A stretch of 64,000 nucleotides of DNA from Mobula hypostoma (lineage: Eukaryota). The DNA lies in the NCBI RefSeq assembly GCF_963921235.1, contig NC_086097.1, forward strand, positions 47,246,001 through 47,310,000. Reading direction: 5' to 3'. The notes under the pieces were generated by a model, which did no database searches, was not told the origin of the DNA, and was given only the letters and a program-made list of their open reading frames with translations. A program made the translations under genes and the position numbers. Positions 39,991-51,409 of this stretch are shown in pieces (within the stretch, counting starts at the first letter, position 1; each line of letters begins with the position of its first letter).

Positions 39991-42108
39991 AGACTGACGA
40001 GTAGGAGTTTGTTCAACAAGGTCAGTGGGACGTTTTGAATGCAAATATATAGAGTTGTGATTTCCTGATGTATTTGTAGTATGGTTTTCAGGGATACAAG
40101 TAGAATCTGTTGCAGCATTAACACGTTAGGAATGATTGTAGTTTCTTAGAATTAGTTTATTTTCACTACGTATAAAAAAATACTATGAAATACCTGTTGA
40201 CCAATTTCCAGTGGCTAGTTGAATTGTGGGCTTCTTCTGTTACTGAAAACTGAAGTATTTTCTGGTTTAATTAAATCTAAGAGCTACATTTTTTTAAAAA
40301 TGGAGGGAGGCATCCATTTTTAAATAGCATCAGAAAACAAAAGTACAAGAAGCTGTTTTGTCCTCCTGTCCCAAACTATATCACTAACCCAGTGAAGCAA
40401 TCTGTTGGCAAGTCAGTGTGTTGTGCCAGCCCAGTAAGATGCTTTTTAATCCGTGATATCCAAGCTCACTCTTTGCGGGGAAATCTATCACCAATATCAT
40501 TGCCCTGCTTTCTGTACGTAACACTAATGTTACCTCCGCAATTAACAATTAATCCACTTTTCCTTGAAACCACAGAATGTTAGATCTTGCTGTTAAGTAT
40601 TTGTCACAGTTGCCTTTCGGATTTCATCCTGATCAGCATAATAAAGGGAAAGGAAAGATATTTTCTCACAGCAATAAAACACACTGGAAGAGATTGGGAT
40701 CATGGCTCAGTGAGGAACTGACTTGAATCTGGTGCGTGTTTTCTTGTAAACCAGTGAGCAGTTCTGTTATTAGTGCATCTCTTTAATGTTATTGGATTGC
40801 ATGTAACATTAAAATCTGACCGTACTATTAACAAACAAGATTTAATTAGGAAAATATTTAAAAGCATTTTAATAGTTTTATCAAGTTATTTTAAATTAAA
40901 AATGCAGTGCTCTCAGTTAAACATAACTTGATTATGCTTCTTGGTATTAGGTCTTGTTCTGAATAAGTACAGAAATGGGGAGGAAAAAAGGACCAAGTTG
41001 AATTCTTTATTTCATTTGCAGAGTCTAAGGCTTGAATAGCAAACCTATTGAATCTCCACCTGCAAATTTTAACAGAATCAGTTTGCAGATATTGATTTTG
41101 TTTCATGATTATCAGGATTAGATTAGAAAAAGACTTGTGATTAAGGTTGACTGATTATGCAAACATATGCGGGCAGACATGATGTCAAGCATTTTTTTTT
41201 GGCATTATCATGTGATTCCGCTGGAGATGTGTTCAAATGGTGCTTGCAGATGGTGCTTTCAGAAGCAGCTGACTTATAAAGTCAACAAGCAGCCTCTTTT
41301 GGAGTAGGATGAGTTTTCACAATGTTTGAAAAATATTTTAAGGATTAATGTATTTCTGAAGTTGTTTAGTTTGATTCTTAAATTTTGAATTTGGTGAACA
41401 ACTACATGATGTGCTCTGACTGGTCAGCGTTCGTTTGCCAGGTCCTGACTCAGTCCTGTTATGTCAGTACCAGGATGGAAATAAAATGTTTTCTTCAAAT
41501 TAGATCGTACACAATTGTGCAAGGAATAAATTTGGACTGACGTTGTAAGCAATTATTTTTATTCAAGAATTTGCGGATATTCATTTTACTGAAATGCCTC
41601 TCTTCCCCCCACCTCGCCCCTCCAGTTCAACACGTGGATGAACAACACAGGCTACCGCTGTCTACACCCACTTCTTGCCCTGCACCTACCATCCACACCT
41701 CCACATACCAACTGCTTTTGTCCCAATCTTCACCTCCCCCAGCCCCACCTTCCACCAACTCCCCAGTCATCATGCTGTCACCTTCACTACTGTGTGGGTG
41801 AGAAGGGCTCTGGGGAAACTCAGGCACGGCAAAGCATTGGGACCGGATGGTGTGATCCCTGAGGTCCTGAAGGAGTGTGCTGAGCAGCTGTGTGGATTTC
41901 TCCAGTGCATGTTCGATCTGAGTCTCAGCCTGGAAAGGGTCCTGACCGTGTGGAAAACATCTTGTGTGCTCCCAGTACCCAAGAAAGGCTAACCAAAGGT
42001 CTTGAATGATTACCAAAACACAAAATAATCTGCAGATGCTGGGGTCAAAGCAACACTCACAACACGCTGGAGGAACTCAGTAGGTCGGGCAGCATCCGTG
42101 GAAACAAT

Positions 42109-42146
42109 CAGTCGACGTTTCGGGCCGGAACCCTTCGTCAGGACTG
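42109..42146 (-). ncRNA. Minimal hammerhead ribozyme motif (intact core)
   Basis: cagtc CTGACGA a gggt-tccg-gccc GAAA cg TC gactg, with 5-bp stem I. Confidence 0.8.
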
Positions 42147-42503
42147 TAGGGGGAAGGGGCAGAGGCTCTATAAAGAAGGTGGGGGGAGAGTGGGAAGGAG
42201 AAGGCTGGTAGGTTCCAGGTGAAAAACCAGTAAGGGGAAAGATAAAGCCCTCCCTTCCTCTATCCATATGTCACTCTGCCCCCTCCCCCAGCTGCCTATC
42301 ACCTCCCTCATGGTTCCACCTCCTTCTACTACCCATTGTGTTTTCCCCTATTCCTTCTTCACCTTTCCTGCCTATCACCTCCCTGTTTCCCCTCCCCCAC
42401 CCCTTTATCTTTCCCCTTACTGGTTTTTCACCTGGAACCTACCAGCCTTCTCCTTTCCACCCTCCCCCCACCTTCTTTATAGGGCCTCTGCCCCTTCCCT
42501 CTT

Positions 42504-42541
42504 CAGTCCTGACGAAGGGTTCCGGCCTGAAACGTCGACTG
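42504..42541 (+). ncRNA. Minimal hammerhead ribozyme motif (intact core, G-U pair at base of stem II)
   Basis: cagtc CTGACGA a gggt-tccg-gcct GAAA cg TC gactg. Confidence 0.78.
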
Positions 42542-43945
42542 ATCGTTTCCACGGATGCTGCCCAACCTGCTGAGTTCCTCCAGCATGTTGTGAGTGTTGC
42601 CTTGAATGATTACCGTCCAGTAGCCCTAACCTCACACATCATGGAGACCCTAGAGAGGCTGGTCCTGGCTCACCTCCTGCCCCCAGTCAAATCAGCCCTC
42701 GATCCCCTGCAGTTTGCCTACCAAGAGTACATTGGACTCGATGATGCTGTCATCTACCTGCTGAACAGAGCCTACTCCCATTTGGATAAGCGGGGCAGCA
42801 CTGTGAGGATCATGGTTTTTGATTTCTCGACTGCCTTCAATACCATAGAGCCCTCATTGCTAGGGAAAACCTTGATTCAATGCAGTTGGCACTTCTATTA
42901 TTACCTGGATAATGGACCAACAGAATGGCAGACCACAGTTTATGCAGCTTCAGAGCTGTGTGTCAGACATGGCTATAAGCAGCATTGGGGCCCCACAGGG
43001 GACTGTATTGGCTTCCTTCCTGTTTACCCTGTATAACTCGGACTTTAGATACAATTCTGAGTCAAGTCATCTGCAGAGATTCTCTGATGAATCAGCAATA
43101 GTTGGATGTTTAAAGGGAGGATGGGTGGATGAATACAGGGCCCTGGTGGAGGATTTTGTCAAATAGTGCAGGGTGAATCATCTGCAGCTCAACATAAGTA
43201 AGACCTGATGGTAATGGACTTTGGGAAGACCAAGCCTGCATTGTTCCCTGTTACCATTGATGGTGAGGATGTGGATGTGGTGAGGTCCTACAAGTACGTG
43301 GGGTGCACCTGGATGACAGACTTAAGTGGAACACCAAGATAGAGGCTGTGTACAAGAAGGGCTAGAGTTGCCTCTACTTCCTGAGAGACTGGGGTCCTTT
43401 GGAGTATGCAGGCTTCAGGTGTTCTACCAGTCTGGTGTCACCAGTACTGAACAGAGCCTACTCCCATTTGGATAAGTGGGGCAGCAGTGTGAGGATCACT
43501 GTGAGGACCTTGCGGTGGTGAACTGGGGCAATGGCATCAACATGGGTGATGCCAACAGGCTCAACAAACTGTTTAGAAAGGCTAGCTCTGTTGTAGGAGT
43601 CAAACTGGACACACTGGAGGCTGTGTTAGAACAAAGGACCGTCAGAAAAATCCTGGCAATTCTGGACAATGTTTCTCATCCTCTGAATACCACCTTGGCT
43701 GAACAGAGGAGCACTTTTAGTATAGACTATGACAACTGTGCTGCTCCAAAGAGCACTATATGAGGTCATTCTTACCCTTGGCTATTAGGTTCCTTAATGA
43801 GTCAACCTATAGCCTGGAAAGTGATGACCCCTCCTATGAGACTGTTTGAGGTAAATTGTTTTCCATTCTTTCTTCTCTTCTAATATTTGTACACCCATGC
43901 ACTTGTAATGCTACTGTGGCACTAATTTCCTTTGTGATCAATTAA

Positions 43946-44754
43946 GTCTCTCTCTCTCCCCTTTCCCTCCTCCCGCTCTCCTTCTCTTCCCCTCCTCCCC
44001 CTCCCGCTCTCCTTCTCTTCCCCTCCTCCCCCTCCCGCTCTCCTTCTCTTCCCCTCCTCCCCTCCCGCTCTCCTTCTCTTCCCCTCCTCCCCCTCCCGCT
44101 CTCCTTCTCTTCCCCTCCTCCCCCTCCCACTCTCCTTCTCTTCCCCTCCTCCCCCTCCCACTCTCCTTCTCTTCCCCTCCTCCCCCTCCCACTCTCCTTC
44201 TCTTCCCCTCCTCCCCCTCCCACTCTCCTTCTCTTCCCCTCCTCCCACTCCCACTCTCCCCCTCCTCCCCCTCTCCTTCTCTTCCCCTCCTCCCCTCTCC
44301 TTCTCTTCCCCTCCTCCCCTCTCCTTCTCTTCCCCTCCTCCCCCTCTCCTTCTCTTCCCCTCCTCCCCCTCTCCTTCTCTTCCCCTCCTCCCCCTCTCCT
44401 TCTCTTCCCCTCCTCACCCTCTCCTTCTCTTCCCCTCCTCCCCCTCTCCTCTTCCCCTCCTCCCCCTTCTTCTCTTCCCCTCCTCCTCTCCTTCTCTTCC
44501 CCTCCCCCTCTCCTTCTCTTCCCCTCCTCCCCCTCTCCTTCTCTTCCCCTCCTCCCCCTCTCCTTCTCTTCCCCTCCTCCCCCTCTGCTTCTCTTCCCCA
44601 CCTCCCCCTCTTCTCTTCCCCTCCTCCCACTCTCCTTCTCTTCCCCTCCTCCCCTCCCACTCTCTTCCCCTCCCCCCACTCTCTTCCCCTCTTCCCCTCC
44701 TCCCCCTCTCCTTCTCTTCCCCTCCCCCTCCTCCCACTCTCTTTCTCTTCCCCA
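43946..44754. repeat. Polypyrimidine/polypurine minisatellite (31-bp units grading to about 25-bp units)
   Basis: (ctctccttctcttcccctcctccccctcccR)n followed by (ctctccttctcttcccctcctcccc)n. Confidence 0.95.
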
Positions 44755-45209
44755 GATATTTTGAGGTCCAAATTTTTGATGGTTTATAAATTATTGAAAT
44801 TTAATTTCAAAGTATGCAAGTAAATTTGTTGCACTGTTCTTAACATCAAAAATACTTTCATGGTTCCTGTGGTAAATTCTCAATTTGCTTCAGAATGGAT
44901 TATTTTTCTCAGTGGCAGTCTTGAACTTCATTCATACAGAGATTTGCATTTAAATGGAAGGTTGTTGAATTGCCATTGTATTCTTGTCATTAGGGAGAAC
45001 AAGAATCTTGATGTCTGCTGGACAAAATGTGAGAACAAATCAGATTTACAGAAGTTGTAACACAGTGAGAAAATGTGGGTTCTATACCTGCTCTTGCTAC
45101 TACTTCACAATTAATAGTCCACAACAGGCAGAGAAAAGCCACCATTTCCCCGTTTCAGCTTGCATTAAGTATTTCTTTAGTTTTACATTTGGACTGGGCC
45201 ATTGTGTTT

Positions 45210-45710
45210 CTATACCAGGCTGTGATGCAACCAGTTAAGATATTCTCCACAGTGCATCTGTGGAGGTTTGTGTATTGCTGAATTGAATCAAACTTCTAGG
45301 AGAGCAGAGGTGCTGTTGTGCCTTCTTAGTGATAGCACTTGCATGCTGGACCCAGGGCAGATTCTCTGATGTGTTGATGCAAGGAATTTAATGCTACTGA
45401 CCCTCTCCACCTCCCTTCCCCGATGAGGACTGGCTCATGGACTTCAGGCTTCTTCCTGCTTTAGTTGACAATCATCTCTTTGGCTTTGCTGACGTTGAGT
45501 GAGAAGCTGTTGTTGTGGCACCACTCAACCAGATTTTCAGTCTCCCTCTACTATGATTTGTCACAACCTTTGATTCAGCCAACAAAGTTGGTGTTGTTAG
45601 CAATATTAAAAATGGCATTGGAGCTGTACTTAGCCTCACATCATAAATAAAAAAAAGAGTGGGGCAGAGGTCTAAGCACAGAACCCTGTGGTGCACCTTC
45701 AGCACAGGTA
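45210..45710 (-). mobile_element. L2/Rex-type LINE fragment
   Basis: Homologous to the 24030-24520 region (ataccaggctgtgatgca..., ggcaccactcaacc...). Confidence 0.65.
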
Positions 45711-46229
45711 CACCTAGTAGGTCCAGCTACATATTAGTTCGAATACTTTCTTGGACACACATAAATTCTGCCACATCAATTCCCTTAGCACTAAGGCAAT
45801 CCCAGTCAGTTTTAGCAAAGTTAAAATCACATACTATTATAACCTTATTATTCCTGCACTACTTTGATATTCCTACATATTTGCTTCTCTAATTCCCACT
45901 CACTATTGGGAGGTTTATAATATAATCCCTTCAAAGTGATTTTTTTTCTAAGTTCTACCCATCTGGCCTGGCCAGATATTCCCCTCTGGGATATCCTCTT
46001 TTAAGTAGTGCCATAATCCTCACTCTAGTCAATAATGCAATTCCCCTCCTCTCTTAACTCCACCAATGTCATGCTGGAAACACTGGTACCCAGAATGTAG
46101 GTTATTTTGAGCTTTCCATTTGTAAGGATTTACTAATTGAAGCTAGAGTCTGAGTACTTGGCTGGTGTCTGGCAGGATATGGATTATATTTGTCAGATTT
46201 GGGCATCAAACAAAAGTCCAAGCAAACAA

Positions 46230-47105
46230 AACCCATTCCCATTCCGACATGTTGGTCCATGGTCTCCTGTACTGCCGTGATGAGGCTACTGGCAGGTTGG
46301 AGGAGCAACTCCTCATATTCAACTCCTCATATTCAACCTGGCAACATGAACATCAATTTCAAACTTCCAGAAAATTTTCCCCCTCCTGATTTCCTTTTCT
46401 TCCATTCCCACTGTAGCCTCCCTCTTAAACTCTTCTCTTGTCCTCAACTACTTATTATCTCCCTCTGGTGCCCTTCCTCCTTTCCCTTCTCCCATGATCT
46501 ACTCTCCTCTCCGATCAAGTTCCTCCTTCCTCAGCTGTTTATTTTTTGCAGCTGTCATCTCCCAGCTTCTCACTTTATTCCCCCTCATCATGCTTTACCC
46601 AGCACCTTCTAGCTCGCACTCCTTCCTCTTCCCCAACTATCTTATTCTGGCATCTTCCCTCTTCCTTTCCAATCCCAATAAAGGGTCTCTGCTGAAAACA
46701 TCCATTGTTTGTTGCTTTCCAAGATTGCTACCTGACCTGCTGAGTTCCTCCAAAAAAAGAAGTCCTCTAGCTTAAGTCAGAATGACTCTGGTTGGGCCAG
46801 TTTTTGACTGGGCTTAAATGAATGTATTTTAATAACACTTCAGAAACTCAACATTATCCACCATCCTCCTTCAGCCCTTAACCTTTCCCACCCACTTGGC
46901 TTCACCTATCACCGTCTAGCTAGTCTCCTTCACCTACTCCCACTGTTTTATTGTGGCTTCTTCCTCTTCTGGGTCCTGAAGAAGAGTCTCAGCCCGAAAC
47001 ATTGACTTTTTTTCATTTCCGCAGATGCTGCCTGACCTGCTGAGTTCCTCCAGCATTTTGTAGGTTTTGGTTTGGATTTACTGCAGCTGCAGACTTTGTT
47101 GTGTT
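46230..47105 (+). mobile_element. Two decayed PLE 3' fragments: GIY-YIG C-terminal remnant, 3' UTR and hammerhead-like motifs (about 46670-46705 decayed; 46973-47006)
   Basis: HSHSDMLVHGLLYCRDEATGRLEEQLLIF..QPGNMNINF and gtcCTGAAGAagagtctcagcccGAAAcaTTgac. Confidence 0.7.
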
Positions 47106-47248
47106 AATTATTTACCATCTATTCAAAATCTTGATTGGCATCCAGCCCCCAATCTAGTTTTTTTTCCTTCTTTCTCCCTTCCATCCGCAATCACCCATAG
47201 CTCCCACTACCCATCACCAGTGTATCTATTCTCTTCCTAATCAGAACG

Positions 47249-47760
47249 GTATCATTTCGGATCTCCCCCTCCCCCTCCCACTTTCAAATCTCTTACTAGC
47301 TCTTCTTTCAGTTAGTCCTGACGAAGAGTCTCGGCCCGAAACGTTGACTGTACCTCTTCCTAGAGATGAACTTTGATGTGTGTTGCTTGAATTTCCAGCA
47401 TCTGCAGAATTCCTCGTGTTTGCATTTTTAAATTCACTACTGCGAAGCCTCTTCCAGTGATGCCTACACTGAAGAAGTTTAAATCTTCTCTTCGGGAGTT
47501 CAGTGAAACCATCTCTCACTGCTCCCCATCTGTAATTTCTTCGACTCTCCAACTTTTCTACCACATTTTGACTCAGACTCGCTATCACAGCTTCTCCTAT
47601 CATTTCGGATCTCCCCCTCCCCCTCCCACTTTCAAATCTCTTACTAGCTCTTCTTTCAGTTAGTCCTGACGAAGGGTCTCGGCCCGAAAGGTCGACTGTA
47701 CCTCTTCCTAGAGATGCTGCCTGGCCTGCTGCGTTCACCAGCAACTTTGATGTGTGTTGT
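47249..47760 (+). mobile_element. Internally deleted PLE: terminal repeat, ORF start, terminal repeat, with tandem hammerheads (47314-47349 and 47662-47697)
   Basis: Direct repeat tatcatttcggatctcccc... at about 47249 and 47598. The spacer encodes MPTLKKFKSSLREFSETISHCSPSV, homologous to 63010-63140. Confidence 0.8.
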
Positions 47761-49053
47761 TTGTATTTAGGATCTGAAATCCTTGTTTTGACTCTTCCAT
47801 CTCCCTTATGCTTCAATTATTGGTTCACAAATCTCTTAAATAGCATCCTTTGCTAGGGTGAAACTGAGCTTGTCTAAATGTGTTAAGCTTGGAGTATTCA
47901 GAAGAAAAGATTAGCTTAACCTTCTAGAAGCTTGCTTTGAATTTAATTTGATCATACAAATGCTGCAAGTCTGGCATTCATTGCCCCTTTCCTGGTTGCC
48001 AGAATAGGTGGTGATAAAACATCTAAGACATTTCAGCAGAGATTGAACCACAAAATCAAAAGCAAGTTATTGGGACTGGTGGGATTTTTCTGTTTGCTGT
48101 ATGTGAGATCACAAACAAAGTCAAAGTTTATTGCCCCATCCTTATGGTCCTTGAAGGGTTACTGTTTCTATGTCATACAGACTGTCAGAATGCAGTTCAG
48201 TAGGGAGATTTAATATTTAAATGCAGCAATGTTGAGTAGGGGCTGTATTTCAAATCAGAAATAGTGTTGAGGGGGAACTTACAGGAGTTCTCGTACAGTC
48301 ATTTTCCCCTTTTTCCAGAAATGGATCATGGGTTTGGGAGGTGCTGTAAAGGAAATCTTGCCAATTTTTTTTGGTGCTACATTTTGTCTAAGTACTGCTG
48401 ATGGCAAGAAGGAAGAGCTAGAGTGGAGGATTGGGTGACAACCAAACAATGTTTTACTCTCTGATACCGTTTCTTCAATTTGACAAATATTATTCTGGCA
48501 AGTGGAGATTATTCTGTTACATTCATTTGTGTCTTGTCAATGACAGCATAACAGGGAGTTGAGAGCTGCATTGTATCCAGATTCAGTTTCTGAACCTTTG
48601 TAAACATGGTATTTAAATGACTGCCCAGGTGCGCTTGAAGAGGATATAGTTTCTAGGATCCTTCTAATGGCAATGCCTTTTCACATCAAGGAAGCTGTTA
48701 AGGGGGTGGTCCATTGTTGTGCTCTTGTTTGGTGCAAATGTACTTTATATTGCTCAGCCTTTGCCTGAGTCATATCTAGGTTTTAGAATACTCTGGCGTA
48801 AGCTATCATCTGGGAAGTTTCCTGCACAATCGAATTGTAAACGTAACTTTGCTGGATCAAATAGCGGCAGCACAAAAAGATCGTTACTTATCTTTTCACC
48901 CGTTTATTTCTTCGAGCTCAGCCGGTGAGTGAACTTGGACCCGACATCAGGGAGAGAACCTTTCTCATCTCCCCGGCAGTTCTACAAGTTCACTGCCTGA
49001 TATCAGAAGTTATAAGGCCACCGATACAAAAGAACAATCAGTTTGATAACCAT

Positions 49054-49940
49054 ACAGGAGGAATTTTGCAGATGCTGGAAATTCAAGCAGCACACATCGA
49101 AGTTGCTGGTGAACGCAGCAGGTCAGGCAGCATCTCTAGGAAGAGGTACAGTCGATGTTTCGGGCCGAGTCCCTTTGTCAGGACTAACTGAAAGAAGAGC
49201 TAGTAAGAGATTTGAAAGTGGGAGGGGGAGATCCAAAATGATAGGAGAAGACAGGAGGGGGAGGGATGGAGCCAAGAGCTGGACAGGTGATTGGCAAAAG
49301 GGATATGAGAGGATCATGGGACAGGAGGCCCAGGGAGAAAGAAAAGGGGGAGGGGGGAAAACCCAGAGGATGGGTAAGGGGTATAGTGAGAGGGACAGAG
49401 GGAGAAAAGGGAGAGAGAGAAAAAGAATGTGTGTATATAGATAAATAATGGATGGGGTATGAGGGGGAGGTGGGGCATTAGCAGAAATTGGAGGTCAATG
49501 TTCATGCCATGAGGTTGGAGGCTACCCAGACAGAATATAAGGTGGTGTTACTCCAACCTGCGTGTGGCTTCATCTTTACAGTAGAGGAGGCCGTGGATAG
49601 ACATATCAGAATGGGAATGGGACGTGGACTTGAAATGTGTGGCCACTGGGAGATCCTGGCATGAACATTGACTTCTCTAACTTCTGCTAATGCCCCACCT
49701 TCCCCTCGTACCCCATCCGTTATTTATTTATATACATACATTCTTTTTCTCTCTCTCTCACATCCCTTTTGCCAATCAACTGTCCAGCTCTTGGCTCCAT
49801 CCCTCCCCCTCCCACTTTCAAATCTCTTACTAGCTCTTCTTTCAGTTAGTCCTGACGAAGGGTCTCGGCCCGAAACGTCGACTGTATCTCTTCCTAGAGA
49901 TGTTGTCTGGCCTGCTGCGTTCACCAGCAACTTTGTGTGT
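49054..49940. mobile_element. Fold-back PLE insertion (887 bp) with 14-bp TSD, GIY-YIG C-terminal remnant and two hammerhead motifs
   Basis: agtttgataaccat at 49040-49053 and 49941-49954. The minus arm translates DLPVATHFKSTSHSHSDMSIHGLLYCKDEATRRLE*HHLIFCLGSLQPHGMNID. Minus hammerhead 49150-49185 is mutated (CTGACAA). Confidence 0.88.
49848..49883 (+). ncRNA. Minimal hammerhead ribozyme motif (intact core)
   Basis: agtc CTGACGA a gggt-ctcg-gccc GAAA cg TC gact. Confidence 0.8.
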
Positions 49941-50962
49941 AGTTTGATAACCATTCCAGCCAAGTCAATAGACTATTGATACAAAAGTACAATCAATTTG
50001 TTAAACACTCCAGCCACCTTAATTAAAGAAAAGAATGTCCTACTTTGTTTGTTGGAGCCACAACTTAATGACAAAGATAAGAACATCCGTCAAATTTATG
50101 CTTGAAATAAAAAGGAATGTTCTGTCTAATTTCCATCAGGTACTGCTTTTTGTCAAAATCAAAAGGTGTGAAAAGCCCAGAGACATCTTATGTGGATCTG
50201 AGCAAATTTTAACCCTTATCTTGCTCCAAAGAAAGTAGCTGTGAGACATTATTCAAACACACTGCAGTCACAGACTTAATTCATTGTTTACAGGGATCTG
50301 AGAATCCCCCATTCCCTTAAACTTTATCAGAATAATGCACAATTAGCGGTAAGCAATGCATTTCTGACCTCTTAATGGAAGGAAGGTCACGTAGGCAGCT
50401 AAAAGTGGTTGGAGTTACTTACCTGAGAATCTCTTGAAGGAAAGATCTGGGGCTGCCATGTTCAACCAATACCAACCACTGCCACCTTGATTGCTCCAGA
50501 AATGACTGCAGTGAAAACAGAACCAAGGGGGAAATTGTTCATTGGTTTCAGTTTTGCCAAGCCTATACTTGTTCCTTTTTGTCAAGGATGTTCCTATTCA
50601 TCTTGCCCATGCATTCAGTTTGTTTACTTGAAGTAAGGCTGACTTTGAGCATTTCTGGCAAAGTATAAACTGATCATTAGAACAGAAGTTAATGTTAGAT
50701 GACTGCTGCATGTAGATTTTCATGGAGAAATATTTGTAATGTATTTTTCACATTGTTTTGTATCCCAGTGTACACTTTATCGTGTTGTAGACAAAGCCAA
50801 ATCCTTGTCACTCTTGCTGAAATCACCAAGATAACCCTGCCCTAAATAAACTGTACCCATTGGCTAAATGGTGGTTCCTCCATATCTCATGTTTTCTGCA
50901 GTAAGTTTTATTGTTCAACATTGAAAAGTATCTTCATCATGTAAAATATACTTTGGTTGTGA

Positions 50963-51310
<348 letters not shown>

Positions 51311-51409
51311 TAAAACAAGTGAGTGGGGTCAGTCAGCATATTTTGCGTGCCACAGTCCCCATGAGTCATAATAAGGCACTTGTCAAGATCCAATAAAAAG
51401 AAGTTGGAT

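Larger units (their letters stand above)
42015..42600. mobile_element. Fold-back PLE insertion (586 bp) with 14-bp TSD and two opposed hammerhead motifs
   Basis: cttgaatgattacc at 42001-42014 and 42601-42614. About 42050-42247 is inverted against about 42403-42600. Confidence 0.85.
41600..43945 (+). mobile_element. L2/Rex-Babar-type LINE RT region to 3' end, decayed, interrupted by a PLE fold-back
   Basis: KALGPDGV..PVPKK|LNDYRPVALTSHIM..LDPLQFAY..FDFSTAFNTI..GAPQGTVL..RFSDESAI. Tail gatcaattaagtctctc. Confidence 0.85.
48836..50329 (-). mobile_element. Solo LTR, copy 2, interrupted by a PLE fold-back
   Basis: Reverse complement of 10982-11705 with a single 53-bp unit. Perfect 4-bp TSD GAAT (48832-48835 and 50330-50333). 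Confidence 0.88.

Noticed and set aside
43922..44771. Long G/E/R/K-rich ORFs (up to 277 aa) on the minus strand
   Set aside because: Artefact of a purine-only minisatellite that cannot contain stop codons; open in all three frames.
47241..47816. 191-aa ORF and similar recurring peptides (AAGQAASLGRGTVDVSGRDPSSG at 15085, 49043, 49724)
   Set aside because: Antisense translations of the PLE terminal repeat and hammerhead, not a gene family.
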